A stretch of DNA of 64,000 bases. It comes from an uncultured delta proteobacterium. Its GTDB lineage: Bacteria; Desulfobacterota; Binatia; Binatales; Binataceae. A model generated the notes under the pieces. It searched no databases, had not been told where the DNA came from, and was given only the letters and a program-made list of their open reading frames with translations. The stretch is taken from contig CAVXXK010000001.1 in the NCBI GenBank assembly GCA_963765675.1, forward strand, positions 1,216,001 through 1,280,000, given 5' to 3'. Positions within the stretch are counted from its first letter, which is position 1. Every line of letters starts with the position of its first letter. Shown one piece after another: positions 42,235 through 52,813 of this stretch. A program made the translations under genes and the position numbers.

Positions 42235-42963
42235 ATGCGATATGCATCGCAGATTGCGACCGCAGTGGGTTTGATCATCGCCTTCGCGGCTGGTGGCGCG
42301 CTTGCACAAACGATGATGCAGGTGCCGGGCGGACAGAACGCTCCGAGCTTCGCGCCGCGTGCGCGATCGACGGCGACGCCCGCGCCTCCTGAAGGCGCCA
42401 CCTTGCAAATTGCGCCAGCGCCGCAGGCGGTCATACCGCCGCCTTCATCCGCACCGTCCTCCGCGCCGAGCGTGGCCGCCGCGCCGCCCCCGATGATGAC
42501 GCAAACCGCCCCGGTTCTCCCTGCGGTGTTTCGCGGATGCTGGCAGGGCAAGGTCGATCTGCTCGATACGCTCGAGCGTCTGCCCGGCGGGCACAAGGTC
42601 GGCTACTGGACGCCAAAGACCTACAGGCTTTGCTATCAGAGGGTCGGCGACGGTCCGTTCAAGCTGACTTTCAGCGAGACCGGAATCGAACCCACCGAAA
42701 AGATCATCCACGCGCACGGGCAGGTCGACCCGCTCGCGACCGACGGCCGGGTTTACGCGCGTCTGCGCTCGCAACTTGGGTTCGACGAGTTTCGCGTCGA
42801 GCCCGGCGAAGGCGAGACGTTTCACGTCGATGAAACCACGATGCTGGACTGCAGGATCCAGAACGGCGCGATGGCGGTCGCGGCCAGCGTGCAGGGCACT
42901 CGCGACGGAGTGCCGTGGTTTCGCGCACGATGGCGTGCACTGTTCCGCCCCGTGCCGCAATAG
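42235..42963 (+). CDS. Secreted hypothetical protein with Pro/Ala linker
   Basis: Signal peptide ending ALA, Pro-rich linker, beta-rich domain starting FRGCWQG. Confidence 0.7.
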   Translation: MRYASQIATAVGLIIAFAAGGALAQTMMQVPGGQNAPSFAPRARSTATPAPPEGATLQIAPAPQAVIPPPSSAPSSAPSVAAAPPPMMTQTAPVLPAVFRGCWQGKVDLLDTLERLPGGHKVGYWTPKTYRLCYQRVGDGPFKLTFSETGIEPTEKIIHAHGQVDPLATDGRVYARLRSQLGFDEFRVEPGEGETFHVDETTMLDCRIQNGAMAVAASVQGTRDGVPWFRARWRALFRPVPQ

Positions 42964-42974
42964 CGATCGCGGCT

Positions 42975-44012
42975 TCAGCCGGCGCCCGAATTTCCTGTTG
43001 CGGGTCCTCTCACACGTGAAGCACCGCGTGATATTGCGTCGAAGAGCCGCGCATAGTTCAGAAACCAGGCGGTCAACAGTCCGGTCCCGATTCCGACCGA
43101 GAACGGATACAGGATCGTCGGATGATCCATCACCAGCGGCAGCAGCGCGATCGCCAGCGCGGGCGGGATGTGCAAGTCGAAGGAACGAAGGACCACGATC
43201 CCCCAAACCATCGCGGCCGCTGCGGCGCCCGCATTCGCCCCGAACGCGCGCAGGCAGATGAGGCCTCCCGCCGCGGTAAGAAAACAGGCGATCGGCAACG
43301 ACAGCGGACGCCGGGCCCAAGGGCAAATGGCAGGATGCCCTAGCATCTCGTAAGCGATCACCACCAGCGGCGGAAACAGGATGAAGCGCAACCCGGTGAG
43401 ATCGACTGCGGCCATCGCCAGGGCGACAAACAGCAGCAGCGCCCAAAGCCATCGCAATCCGGAAGGTGGCAACTCGAGCGCGTCGTCGCGAGCGTCTGCG
43501 ATAACCTCCGTATCGTGGCCGCGACGTGCTGGCAGGCGACGAGAATCCAGATAGCTCCATGCAATTGAAAGTGCGGCGAGAAGTGTGGTGCCGAACAGGA
43601 TGCCGGGCGGATACCACCAGCTCCTGATGCCAAGTACGAGCGGCAGCAACCCGGCTGAGATCGCCGGAGCGATCGGCGAGCGGATCGCGGCGATAACAAT
43701 CAGCGCGCCGGCAACTGTCAGCATCACGGAGAAAAATCCGTAAGGCAAAGCGCGGGTGATGATTGTTCCGATGATCGCGGTGAGAACGGGCGTGACGGCT
43801 AGTGCAATTGGCGCGCGCGCCCAGCTTCCGCGGGGTCGCGTCAGGACATCGTGCGAAAGCGCGCCGAGCTCGGGAAACAACAGGTAGATGGCGCCCGTCG
43901 CGAAAGCCAGCTGCGCGACAATCGCGATGTAAACCAAGGCGCCGATCTCGGCGACGAGGCGCGAGCGCCGCCCCGACGAGCTCTCGGGTGTGATGTCTGC
44001 CGGCCCGATCAA
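42975..44012 (-). CDS. Tandem HPP-family membrane protein
   Basis: Two similar hydrophobic halves (LLFPELGAL...WAR...IAPAISAGLLP and ILFPPLVVI...PWAR...HIPPALAIALLP); TTGA overlap with csoR. Confidence 0.75.
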   Translation of the reverse strand: MIGPADITPESSSGRRSRLVAEIGALVYIAIVAQLAFATGAIYLLFPELGALSHDVLTRPRGSWARAPIALAVTPVLTAIIGTIITRALPYGFFSVMLTVAGALIVIAAIRSPIAPAISAGLLPLVLGIRSWWYPPGILFGTTLLAALSIAWSYLDSRRLPARRGHDTEVIADARDDALELPPSGLRWLWALLLFVALAMAAVDLTGLRFILFPPLVVIAYEMLGHPAICPWARRPLSLPIACFLTAAGGLICLRAFGANAGAAAAAMVWGIVVLRSFDLHIPPALAIALLPLVMDHPTILYPFSVGIGTGLLTAWFLNYARLFDAISRGASRVRGPATGNSGAG

Positions 44013-44329
44013 GCCAGGAACCGGTCGAGCGTCACGACAAGTTCTTTGATCTTTGCGTGAGCGTCGCGGCGCATGATCGCGTCGCTCACGCAGCTCTCGA
44101 GATGATCGCGGACGATAAGCAGCGCGAGCCGGTCGAGTGCGCGGCGTACGGCGGAGATTTGTTGCAAGACGTCGATGCAGTACGCGTTTTCGCCGAGCAT
44201 CCGTTTGATGCCGCGCAATTGGCCCTCGGCGCGCTCGAGGCGCGCGGCCAGATCCAGCGCCAGCCGCTCGGGACGGCGGTGGGATTTCTGCTTCGCCTGC
44301 GAAGGTGTTAACGCTTTGGCCTCGGGCAT
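44009..44329 (-). CDS. csoR: CsoR copper-sensing repressor
   Basis: [29 protein letters not shown] (Cys-His-Cys ligands); divergent from copA. Confidence 0.92.
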   Translation of the reverse strand: MPEAKALTPSQAKQKSHRRPERLALDLAARLERAEGQLRGIKRMLGENAYCIDVLQQISAVRRALDRLALLIVRDHLESCVSDAIMRRDAHAKIKELVVTLDRFLA

Positions 44330-44350
44330 CGACTTGCTCCTCTTCCGTCA

Positions 44351-44386
44351 GGTACTCCCGGAGAGTACCATACTGGCAGGGAGTAT
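44351..44386. promoter_or_regulatory. Two adjacent CsoR-type operators
   Basis: ggtactc-ccgga-gagtacc (44351-44369) and atact-ggcaggg-agtat (44370-44386): TAC..GC-rich..GTA palindromes between csoR and copA. Confidence 0.78.
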
Positions 44387-44415
44387 TAAAAGTCTTTTCG
44401 TTTTTGAGGCGGCAT

Positions 44416-46786
44416 TTGACGGATCACTCGCATCACGGATCGCATCCTCACTCCGGATCTGCGGGCGCGGCCTCGCGCGCGATCGCAATCGATCCAGTCT
44501 GCGGAATGGAAGTCGAGACGGCGAGGACCGGCCGCGTCGTCGTTCATGACGGGATCTCCTTCTATTTTTGCGGCGACAAGTGCATGGCGCGGTTCAAGGC
44601 GAACCCGCGGGAGTTCATCGCCGATACCGTGCCCGCCGCCGAAGAAAAATCGGCGATCCGCGCCGCGAGCGTGCCGCCGGGCGTCCAGTACACCTGCCCG
44701 ATGCATCCGGAGATCGTGCGCGACGCTCCGGGCGCATGCCCGATCTGCGGGATGGCGCTCGAGCCGATGTCCCCGCTCGCGGCGGCCGAAGAGGAAAATC
44801 CCGAACTCGCGTACATGACGATACGTTTCTGGGCCGCGCTCGTGCTGACGATCCCGATCCTCGCGCTCGGGATGCTGCCCCAGGCGTGGGTCGCACATGT
44901 GGTCCCGATGACGGTTGCGCCGTGGTTGATGTTCGCGCTCGCGACGCCGGTGGTGATTTGGGCGGGCGCCGCATTCTTCGTGCGCGGCTATGCCTCGCTC
45001 AGATCGATGAACCTCAACATGTTCACGCTGATCGCAAGCGGCGTCGGCGTCGCATACGGCTACAGCGTTGTAGCGACAATCTTTCCCGAGATCTTTCCGC
45101 CCGCGATGCTCGACGCTTACGGAATGATCCCGACCTATTTCGAAGCGGCCGCGTCGATCACGGTGCTGGTGCTGCTCGGCCAGGTGCTCGAGCTGCGCGC
45201 GCGCAGCCGCACCAGCGGCGCGATTCGGGCGCTGCTCGGTTTGGCGCCGCGAACCGCGCGCCGGCTCGCGGACGACGGCTCGGAAACCGACGTGCCGCTC
45301 GACGCGGTGCATCCGGGCGATCGCCTGCGCGTGCGTCCGGGCGAAAAGGTCCCCGTCGATGGAGTCGTGCTCGAGGGCGCGAGCGCAATCGACGAGTCGA
45401 TGATCACCGGCGAGCCTATCCCGGTCGAAAAGAAACCCGGCGATCGTGTGATCGGCGCGACCGTGAACGCCACCGGCAGCTTCGTGATGCGCGCCGAGCG
45501 CGTCGGCGCGGAAACGATGCTCGCGCAAATTGTCGCGATGGTTTCGGCGGCGCAGCGCAGCCGCGCGCCCATTCAGCGCTTGGCCGACCGCGTCGCGGCG
45601 TGGTTCGTGCCGAGCCGTGGTCGCCGCCGCGGCCGTCACTTTCGTCATCTGGCTCGCCGCCGGATTTGGGCTGGGCCACGCGATCGTCAATGCGGTCGCG
45701 GTGCTGATTATCGCTTGCCCGTGTGCGCTCGGACTCGCGACCCCGATGGCAATCATGGTCGGAACCGGCCGCGGCGCGAGCGAGGGCGTGCTGGTGCGCA
45801 ACGCCGAGGCGCTAGAGATTCTCGAAAAAGTCGATACGCTTCTGATCGACAAAACCGGAACGCTGACCGAGGGACGCCCGCGCCTTGCGCAGGTGATAGC
45901 GCTCGACCCTGCCGCGCAGGACGAGATGCTGCGGCTCGCCGCTAGCCTCGAGCGCGGCAGCGAGCATCCTCTTGCCGCTGCGATCGTCGCCGGCGCGGCC
46001 GAGCGCCGACTTAGTCTGGGTGAAGTCTCAGGCTTTCGCGCGATTGCCGGCAAGGGCGTGACGGGAGTCGTCTCCGGCCGGAGCATTGCGCTCGGCAATG
46101 CGGCGCTGTTCCTCGCGCTTCAAATCGACGTATCCACGCTCGAGCCGCGCGCCGACGAACTTCGCCACGACGGGCAGACGGTGATGCTGATCGCGATCGA
46201 CGGGTACGCTGCCGGCGCGATCGGCGTCAGCGATCCGCTCAAGTCTTCGACCGCCGAAGCGGTGCGCGCGCTCCACGGTGAGGGACTGCGGATCGTGATG
46301 CTGACCGGGGACAATCGCGCGACGGCCGCTGTGGTGGCGGCGAAAGCGGGTGTCGATGGATTTCGCGCCGAGGTCCTGCCCGACGCGAAGGCAGCCGAGG
46401 TGAAGCGCCTTCAATCCGAGGGCCATATCGTCGCGATGGCCGGTGACGGAATCAATGACGCGCCCGCGCTCGCGCAGGCGCAGGTCGGAATTGCGATGGG
46501 CACCGGCACCGACGTCGCGATGGAGAGCGCGGGCGTGACGCTGGTGCGCGGCGATTTGCGCGGGATCGTGAAGGCGCGGCGGCTCTCGCGCGCGACCATG
46601 CGAAATATCCGGCAGAACCTGTTCTTCGCGTTCATCTACAATGTGCTCGGCGTGCCGATCGCGGCGGGCGTGTTGTACCCGTTCTTCGGATTGCTGCTGA
46701 GCCCGATTATCGCGAGCGCCGCGATGAGCCTGAGTTCCGTCTCAGTGATCGGAAATGCGCTGCGGCTGCGGCGCGTCCGGCTGTGA
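44416..46786 (+). CDS. copA: Cu(I)-exporting P1B-1 ATPase with YHS and HMBD domains (apparent +1 frameshift near 45613)
   Basis: [45 protein letters not shown] and MSLSS. Confidence 0.94.
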
Positions 46787-46792
46787 GCGGGT

Positions 46793-46808
46793 TGTTTCAC
46801 GTGAAACA
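46793..46808. promoter_or_regulatory. parS: parS centromere site
   Basis: Perfect TGTTTCACGTGAAACA palindrome, intergenic. Confidence 0.92.
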
Positions 46809-46958
46809 TTTATCATCGATGGGTTTGTTTGATGGGTTCGTTTGATCAGCGTGGCTTCGTTCGATATCGAACCCATTTTCAGACGCGCTTGCGATCTTGG
46901 CGCGGACTACTTTAACCTCAATCGCATTGACTGCGCGCGTAGTGAGAAGGAGATCGCG

Positions 46959-47906
46959 ATGGCTGTGGCGCTCGACCCCCAGATGAAAGCTTTTCTCGAC
47001 GCGGCGAACGCCGACGGTCCGATGTTCCTGCGCTCGGAGACGGCCGAGCAGGCGCGCGCCAAGATGATGGCGCTGCTCGAAGCGACTCCGACCGAACCGC
47101 CCGAGGTGTACAGCGTCGAGGATCGCGCGATTCCCGGACCGCATGGGCTGATTCCGATCCGCGTTTACACTCCCGCCGAAGCGCGCACTCCGATGGGCAT
47201 CCTGATGTACTTTCACGGCGGCGGATGGGTGCTCGGAAATCTCGATACGCACGACATCGTATGCCGCAATCTCGCTAACGGGGCGGGATGCGTCGTCGTC
47301 TCGGTCGATTATCGGCTCGCGCCAGAGCATAAGTTTCCGGCCGCGCCAGAAGATTGCTACGCTGCGGCGAAATGGACCGCCGCAAATGCCGCGGCGCTCG
47401 GCGGAGACGCGAGCAAAATCGCGGTCGGGGGAGATAGCGCAGGCGGCAACCTCGCGACCGTCGTTGCGCTGATGGCACGCGATCGCGGCGGCCCGCGGCT
47501 ATGCTTTCAAGTGCTCTTTTATCCCGCGATATCGTCGGCCAACGATACTCCCTCGCAGCGGGAGTTCGCCGCCGATGGGTTCGTTCTCTCGCGCGCCGAC
47601 ATGGAATGGTTCTGGAACCATTACCTGGACAGTCCCGCCGACGCGAAGAATCCTCTGGCCTGTCCGAACCTGGCGGCGAGCCTCGCCGGCCTGCCGCCCG
47701 CGATTGTCCTGACCGCCAGCCACGATCCGCTGCGCGACGAAGGCGAGGCCTACGCTCTCGCGATGCGCAAGGCGGGCGTGACGGTAACGCTCACGCGCTA
47801 CGACGGGGTGACGCACGGGTTCGTCAGCTTCGCGGAGCTGCTCGACAAGGGCAAGCAGGGGCTCGCCCAGGCGAGCGCCGCGCTACGCGCGGCCTTCGCG
47901 AAGTAG
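46959..47906 (+). CDS. Family IV (HSL) esterase/lipase
   Basis: HGGGW, DYRLAPEH, GDSAGG, DPLRDEG, HGF; start at ATG 46959 behind AAGGAG. Confidence 0.95.
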   Translation: MAVALDPQMKAFLDAANADGPMFLRSETAEQARAKMMALLEATPTEPPEVYSVEDRAIPGPHGLIPIRVYTPAEARTPMGILMYFHGGGWVLGNLDTHDIVCRNLANGAGCVVVSVDYRLAPEHKFPAAPEDCYAAAKWTAANAAALGGDASKIAVGGDSAGGNLATVVALMARDRGGPRLCFQVLFYPAISSANDTPSQREFAADGFVLSRADMEWFWNHYLDSPADAKNPLACPNLAASLAGLPPAIVLTASHDPLRDEGEAYALAMRKAGVTVTLTRYDGVTHGFVSFAELLDKGKQGLAQASAALRAAFAK

Positions 47907-47940
47907 GCGCGCAAATTTCGATAAACCGTGAGAATTGAGA

Positions 47941-49287
47941 TCAGTCGCTCGGCGGGGCCATCAGTCCCGCCATAAATTGCGGGTAGCGCCAGTCGAAGAT
48001 GCCGTGACGCTCGACGTAGTCGCTCGTCACCCAATTCAACCCTTCAAAGGACCATGCGCCGCGCGCGTTAATCGCGACACTCACTGCCAGCAGGAACATT
48101 GCCGCGGCTATCTCCATCCGGTGATTGGTCGCAACCTTCGTGCGTCGCATCGCATCCAGCCCCAGGATTGCGAGCACCACGAACCACGGGATTGCGTCGG
48201 TGAAAAATCGCGGTCCGTAGCATAATCCCGCCGTCCAGTTCTTGTTCATACACATGACGATCTCAAGCGCGACAATTTGTGCGATTGCCAGAACCGCAAG
48301 CTGCTTGTGCGACAGATCCTTGCGATACCGGACTACGAGGTAAATCACGAATAGCGTCGTCGGCACGAATACCAACAACCCGCGAGATGGACTGATCAGG
48401 TTTCCCGTGAGCGGCAGAACCAGATCATGCAATTTCAGCCGCGATGCCGAGTAGTAGGGCGGAATTATTGTGCCGAAAACCGACCACGAATAGCCGACGA
48501 AGCACGCCAGCCATCCGGCGAGGGTGGCGCCATATACGATTATGTCCTCGCGATGAACCCACAACACGTAAAAGCTGACGAATACTATCGCGATGGCTCC
48601 CGTCGGCCGCACGCAGTAGGTCCATGCCACCAGGGTCGCCAGCCAAACCGGGCGAATTCGCGCGCCGCGATGCTCGGCGCTAAACAGGGAATACGCGATT
48701 AATCCGAGGATGAAGATCTCCCAGGTATGCGCCCACAGGCCGCGCGTTGCGGTGCTCAAGATCTGAGATCCCATCGCAGCGCCGAGCGCGACCACCACGC
48801 TCCACGTCAACGGCAGCAGCATCTCCGCCATCGCGAAAAATACGCACGTCAGCGCCGCCATCAGTACCGACGCGATCACGCGCTCGATTCGAATCTCCCC
48901 GGCAAGGTCCAAGCGCCCGTCCGGCGTCGAAGCTGACACGCCCACCGCGTTCATCGCCGCTACCAGCGGCGTCGACAGCATCGAGCTGCCATGCCCAAAA
49001 TAATAGGTTACGTGGCCGCGCGCCTTGACTAGTTGATACTCATTCGCCTCGCTGGGACTGCCTGCGTCTCCGGTGAGCCACGGTACCGGGACTTTGTAGT
49101 ATTCGTCGAGTTCGGCCGAGCGATGGTAGAGCAAGCACTCGCTCAGCAGCGCGGTATAGCGCGAGTCGGAAACCTCGACTACTGGCGCGATAAGGAACAC
49201 CGCCACCGAGAATAAGAACAGAATTAGTTCCAGTCTGAAAATTTTGCCGCTATCGGCGCGTTGGAACTCTCCCACCACCGACCTCAC
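47941..49287 (-). CDS. Polytopic membrane protein, GT-C glycosyltransferase-like
   Basis: About 10 TM helices; SDS after TM1, VRPT, L.SPSRGL, YGPRFFTD. Confidence 0.65.
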   Translation of the reverse strand: MRSVVGEFQRADSGKIFRLELILFLFSVAVFLIAPVVEVSDSRYTALLSECLLYHRSAELDEYYKVPVPWLTGDAGSPSEANEYQLVKARGHVTYYFGHGSSMLSTPLVAAMNAVGVSASTPDGRLDLAGEIRIERVIASVLMAALTCVFFAMAEMLLPLTWSVVVALGAAMGSQILSTATRGLWAHTWEIFILGLIAYSLFSAEHRGARIRPVWLATLVAWTYCVRPTGAIAIVFVSFYVLWVHREDIIVYGATLAGWLACFVGYSWSVFGTIIPPYYSASRLKLHDLVLPLTGNLISPSRGLLVFVPTTLFVIYLVVRYRKDLSHKQLAVLAIAQIVALEIVMCMNKNWTAGLCYGPRFFTDAIPWFVVLAILGLDAMRRTKVATNHRMEIAAAMFLLAVSVAINARGAWSFEGLNWVTSDYVERHGIFDWRYPQFMAGLMAPPSD

Positions 49288-49421
49288 GCTTTCCGCACCG
49301 CGTCGCCGCGAACCACGTCCACAACTCCCGCCACAGCGCTCAAGCTAGCATCGCGAGCCATGATTGAAAAACCGTCTGCGCGCGATGCGCGTAGGGGTGG
49401 CCTCGGGTATATTGTGCGGGA

Positions 49422-50291
49422 ATGAAGCGGCCCAAGGCACTCCGAATGACGTCGATTGATGGTGCGCTGCGACCGACCGGCGGCACTTCGATCTTTACCG
49501 ATCTCTATCACACCCTCGTGACGGACACGTGGCCGACGCTGCTCGGGTTCATCCTGGGCGCCTACGTTTTCGCCAACTTGCTTTTCGCGCTGGTCTATTG
49601 GATCGACGGCGGCGTCGGGGGAACGCGGCCTGGCTCGTTCGCCGATATGTTTTTCTTCAGCGTGCAGACGATGGCGACGATCGGCTACGGCCGCATGACG
49701 CCGACCACGTTTTTGTCCAACGCGGTGATGTCATTCGAAGCGCTGTTCGGATTGGTCGGGCTCGCGATGATGACCGGGCTGGTGTTCTCGAAATTCTCGC
49801 TTCCGACCGCGCGGGTGCGTTTCAGCGCCGTGGCGGTCGTCTCACGGTACGACGGCGAATCGACCCTGATGTTCAGGATGGCAAATATGCGCGCGAACCG
49901 GATCGTCGAAGCGACGATTCACGTAGCTCTCACACGGGTCGAAAAGACCGCCGAGGGCGAGACGGTGCGGCTTTGGTATGACCTCGTGATGCAGCACGAG
50001 CGCAGCGCGTTGTTCTCACTGAGCTGGACCGCGCGGCATCGCGTCGATCAATCGAGTCCACTGTTCGGCGCGACGCAGGAATCGCTTGCGCGCGAGAACG
50101 CCGGAGTGATGGTTTCGATCACCGGCCTCGACGAGACATTTTCCCAGACCGTGCACGCCCGTCATTTCTACACTCCCGAGTCGATCCTGTTCGGGAAACG
50201 GCTCGCCGATATCACGACTTTTGGTTCGATGAACCAATTCACCGTCGACTACTCGCGTTTCGACGACGTGGTTGACGCGCCGCCCGGCTAG
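49422..50291 (+). CDS. Inward-rectifier potassium channel (KirBac)
   Basis: DLYH, FFFSVQTMATIGYG filter, FS..AVV, LMFRMAN.R, W...H.VD..SPL. Confidence 0.95.
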   Translation: MKRPKALRMTSIDGALRPTGGTSIFTDLYHTLVTDTWPTLLGFILGAYVFANLLFALVYWIDGGVGGTRPGSFADMFFFSVQTMATIGYGRMTPTTFLSNAVMSFEALFGLVGLAMMTGLVFSKFSLPTARVRFSAVAVVSRYDGESTLMFRMANMRANRIVEATIHVALTRVEKTAEGETVRLWYDLVMQHERSALFSLSWTARHRVDQSSPLFGATQESLARENAGVMVSITGLDETFSQTVHARHFYTPESILFGKRLADITTFGSMNQFTVDYSRFDDVVDAPPG

Positions 50292-50379
50292 TCGCACCGC
50301 TCTATTCCTTCCCGCGGGCAAATCTGCGCAAAATCGCTGAACTTGGCCGTCATAACAGACGGCATCTTTGAGGTACGGA

Positions 50380-51507
50380 ATGGATTACGGCCGGATCCGA
50401 CACTTCCTGATCGCCCTTGCGCGATGGTTCGACACCGCAGCCGGAGGAGCCGCGCCTGCCGATGGTCCGCAAGAAGTCGACTGGTTGCGATGCGTACCGT
50501 TTGCCGCGATCCACTTGATGTGCCTTGGCGTGATCTGGGTCGGATGGAGTCCGATCGCGGCGGCCGTCGCCGCGGGATTTTACCTGGTCCGGATGTTCGC
50601 GATCACCGGCCTTTACCATCGGTATTTCTCGCACCGCAGCTTCCGCACTTCGCGCGCGGCCCAGCTCGCCTTTGCGCTTCTGGGCGCAACCTGCGCACAG
50701 CGCGGTCCGCTATGGTGGGCGTCGCATCATCGGATGCATCATCAGCGCTCTGACGAGCCGGATGATGTCCACTCGCCGGGCCGGCAGGGCTTCATCTGGA
50801 GCCACATGGGATGGATCACGTCGGAAGCCAACTTCGGCACCAATCTCCGAATCGTGCACGACCTGGCGGCGTATCCGGAGCTGCGCTTCCTCGATCGGTT
50901 CGACGTGCTGGTCCCGGTCGCGGCGGGTTTTGCGATGTTCGGGCTCGGCGCGATGCTTGAATATCTGTGGCCGGGACTTCACACCAGCGGCGCGCAGATG
51001 CTGATTTGGGGATTCTTCATCTCGACGGTCGCGCTGCTGCACGGCACCTTCACGATCAATTCGCTCGCGCATGCGTTCGGACGGCGCCGTTATGAAACCG
51101 GTGACGACAGCCGCAACAGCCTGGCGCTGGCGATTCTCACGCTCGGCGAGGGCTGGCACAACAATCATCATCATTATCCCGCAGCCGCCCGGCAGGGGTT
51201 CTTCTGGTGGGAGATCGACGTCACCTACTACGTGCTAAAGGCGCTCGAAGCGGTTGGGATTATCTGGGACCTGCGGCCCGTTCCCCAGCACGTACTGCAC
51301 TCGCGGCGGATTGCGGCTCCGCCCCAGGCGCTGGCCGCCGGGCGCGCAGCGCAGCAGGGGCGTATCCGCGTGCCGGCGCGTTCTACTTCACGCTACCATC
51401 GCGCAGAGAGCGCCCTCGCGCCGATCGCCGAGTCGGCGAAGGCAGCGGTCGCGGACGCTATCTCTGCGCCGGTGCGCGCAGCCGGTCCCGACGGCGCGGT
51501 CAGCTGA
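50380..51507 (+). CDS. Delta-9-type acyl-CoA desaturase
   Basis: His boxes HRYFSH, HRMHH, HNNHH; GEGW. Confidence 0.94.
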   Translation: MDYGRIRHFLIALARWFDTAAGGAAPADGPQEVDWLRCVPFAAIHLMCLGVIWVGWSPIAAAVAAGFYLVRMFAITGLYHRYFSHRSFRTSRAAQLAFALLGATCAQRGPLWWASHHRMHHQRSDEPDDVHSPGRQGFIWSHMGWITSEANFGTNLRIVHDLAAYPELRFLDRFDVLVPVAAGFAMFGLGAMLEYLWPGLHTSGAQMLIWGFFISTVALLHGTFTINSLAHAFGRRRYETGDDSRNSLALAILTLGEGWHNNHHHYPAAARQGFFWWEIDVTYYVLKALEAVGIIWDLRPVPQHVLHSRRIAAPPQALAAGRAAQQGRIRVPARSTSRYHRAESALAPIAESAKAAVADAISAPVRAAGPDGAVS

Positions 51508-52790
51508 TGCCGTCTGACGGATCGATCGTCGCCGCGGGCGAGCGGGTCGCGCGCACTCGCCGTCCCGCGATTCTCGAAGGCTTTGCGCGCGCAATGGTGC
51601 TGGCTCGCCTGAAATATTTGCATTACGGCCGGCTGGTGGTCGAGGACGGCGCCGAGCGAATCGCTTTCGGTCAAGATATCGAGGACGCGGAGCTGCGCGC
51701 GACGGTGCGCGTGCACGACCGCCGTTTCTATGCGGACCTCGCGCTGGGCGGCAGCGTCGGCGCCGGCGAATCGTACATGGCGGGATGCTGGAGCGCGGAC
51801 GATCTGACTACATTGATGCGCCTGATGGTACGCAACCGCGACGTGATGGAAGGCATGGAGAGCGGCGTCGCGCGCGCCGCCAATCCGGTGCGCCGGGTTC
51901 TGCACTACCTGAACCGCAACACGCGGGAGGGCAGCCGGCGGAATATCTCGGCGCACTACGACCTCGGCAACGATTTCTTCGAGTTGGTGCTCGATCGCAG
52001 CATGATGTACTCCTGCGCGATCTTCGAAAATGCACAAGCCTCGCTCGACCAAGCCGCGGCGGCCAAGGTCGATCGCATCTGCCGCAAGCTCGAGCTCAAG
52101 CCCACCGACCATCTGGTCGAGATCGGCACCGGATGGGGCGGATTCGCGATCCATGCCGCGCGCAACTACGGATGCCGTGTCACGACCACGACCATTTCGC
52201 GCAGCCAGCACGATTTTGCGGTTGCGCGAATCGCGACGGCCGGGCTTTCCGATCGGATCACGGTCTTGCTGAAAGATTATCGCGACCTCGAAGGACAATA
52301 CGACAAGGCGGTTTCGATCGAGATGATCGAAGCGGTGGGGCATCACTTTCTCGATTCCTATTTCCGCAAGTGCGGCGAGTTGTTGAAGCCCGAGGGCATG
52401 ATGCTCTTGCAGGCGATCACGATTGCCGATCAGCATTACGCAAGCGCGCTGCGCTCGGTCGATTTCATCAAGAAGTACATTTTTCCCGGAAGCTTCATTC
52501 CGTCGGTCACCGCTATCGCCGATTCGATAACGCGCGTGAGCGACCTGCGCCTGTTCCATCTTGAAGATTTGACACCCAACTATGCCGAGACGCTAAAGCA
52601 TTGGCGGCTCAACACGTTCGCGAACCTCGACAAGGTGAAAGCGCTAGGCTATCCCGACGAGTTCATCCGGATGTGGGAATACTATTTGTGCTACTGCGAA
52701 GGCGGTTTTCGCGAGCGCTATATCGGCGACGTGCAGATGCTACTGGTCAAGCCGCTATGCCGCCGCGCTCCGGTTCTGCCACGTTTGTGA
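51507..52790 (+). CDS. cfa: Cyclopropane-fatty-acyl-phospholipid synthase family methyltransferase
   Basis: GESYMAG.W, NISAHYDLGN, MYSCA, EIGTGWG, SIEMIEAVG, YIFPG; TGATG overlap with the desaturase. Confidence 0.93.
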   Translation: MPSDGSIVAAGERVARTRRPAILEGFARAMVLARLKYLHYGRLVVEDGAERIAFGQDIEDAELRATVRVHDRRFYADLALGGSVGAGESYMAGCWSADDLTTLMRLMVRNRDVMEGMESGVARAANPVRRVLHYLNRNTREGSRRNISAHYDLGNDFFELVLDRSMMYSCAIFENAQASLDQAAAAKVDRICRKLELKPTDHLVEIGTGWGGFAIHAARNYGCRVTTTTISRSQHDFAVARIATAGLSDRITVLLKDYRDLEGQYDKAVSIEMIEAVGHHFLDSYFRKCGELLKPEGMMLLQAITIADQHYASALRSVDFIKKYIFPGSFIPSVTAIADSITRVSDLRLFHLEDLTPNYAETLKHWRLNTFANLDKVKALGYPDEFIRMWEYYLCYCEGGFRERYIGDVQMLLVKPLCRRAPVLPRL

Positions 52791-52813
52791 CTGAGTAAAG
52801 GCGCAGCGCGCAA

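Noticed and set aside
45600-45625. Programmed frameshift in copA, by analogy with E. coli copA/copZ
   Set aside because: The break is in the TM region, not after the metal-binding domain; there is no slippery heptamer and it matches the other +1 indels
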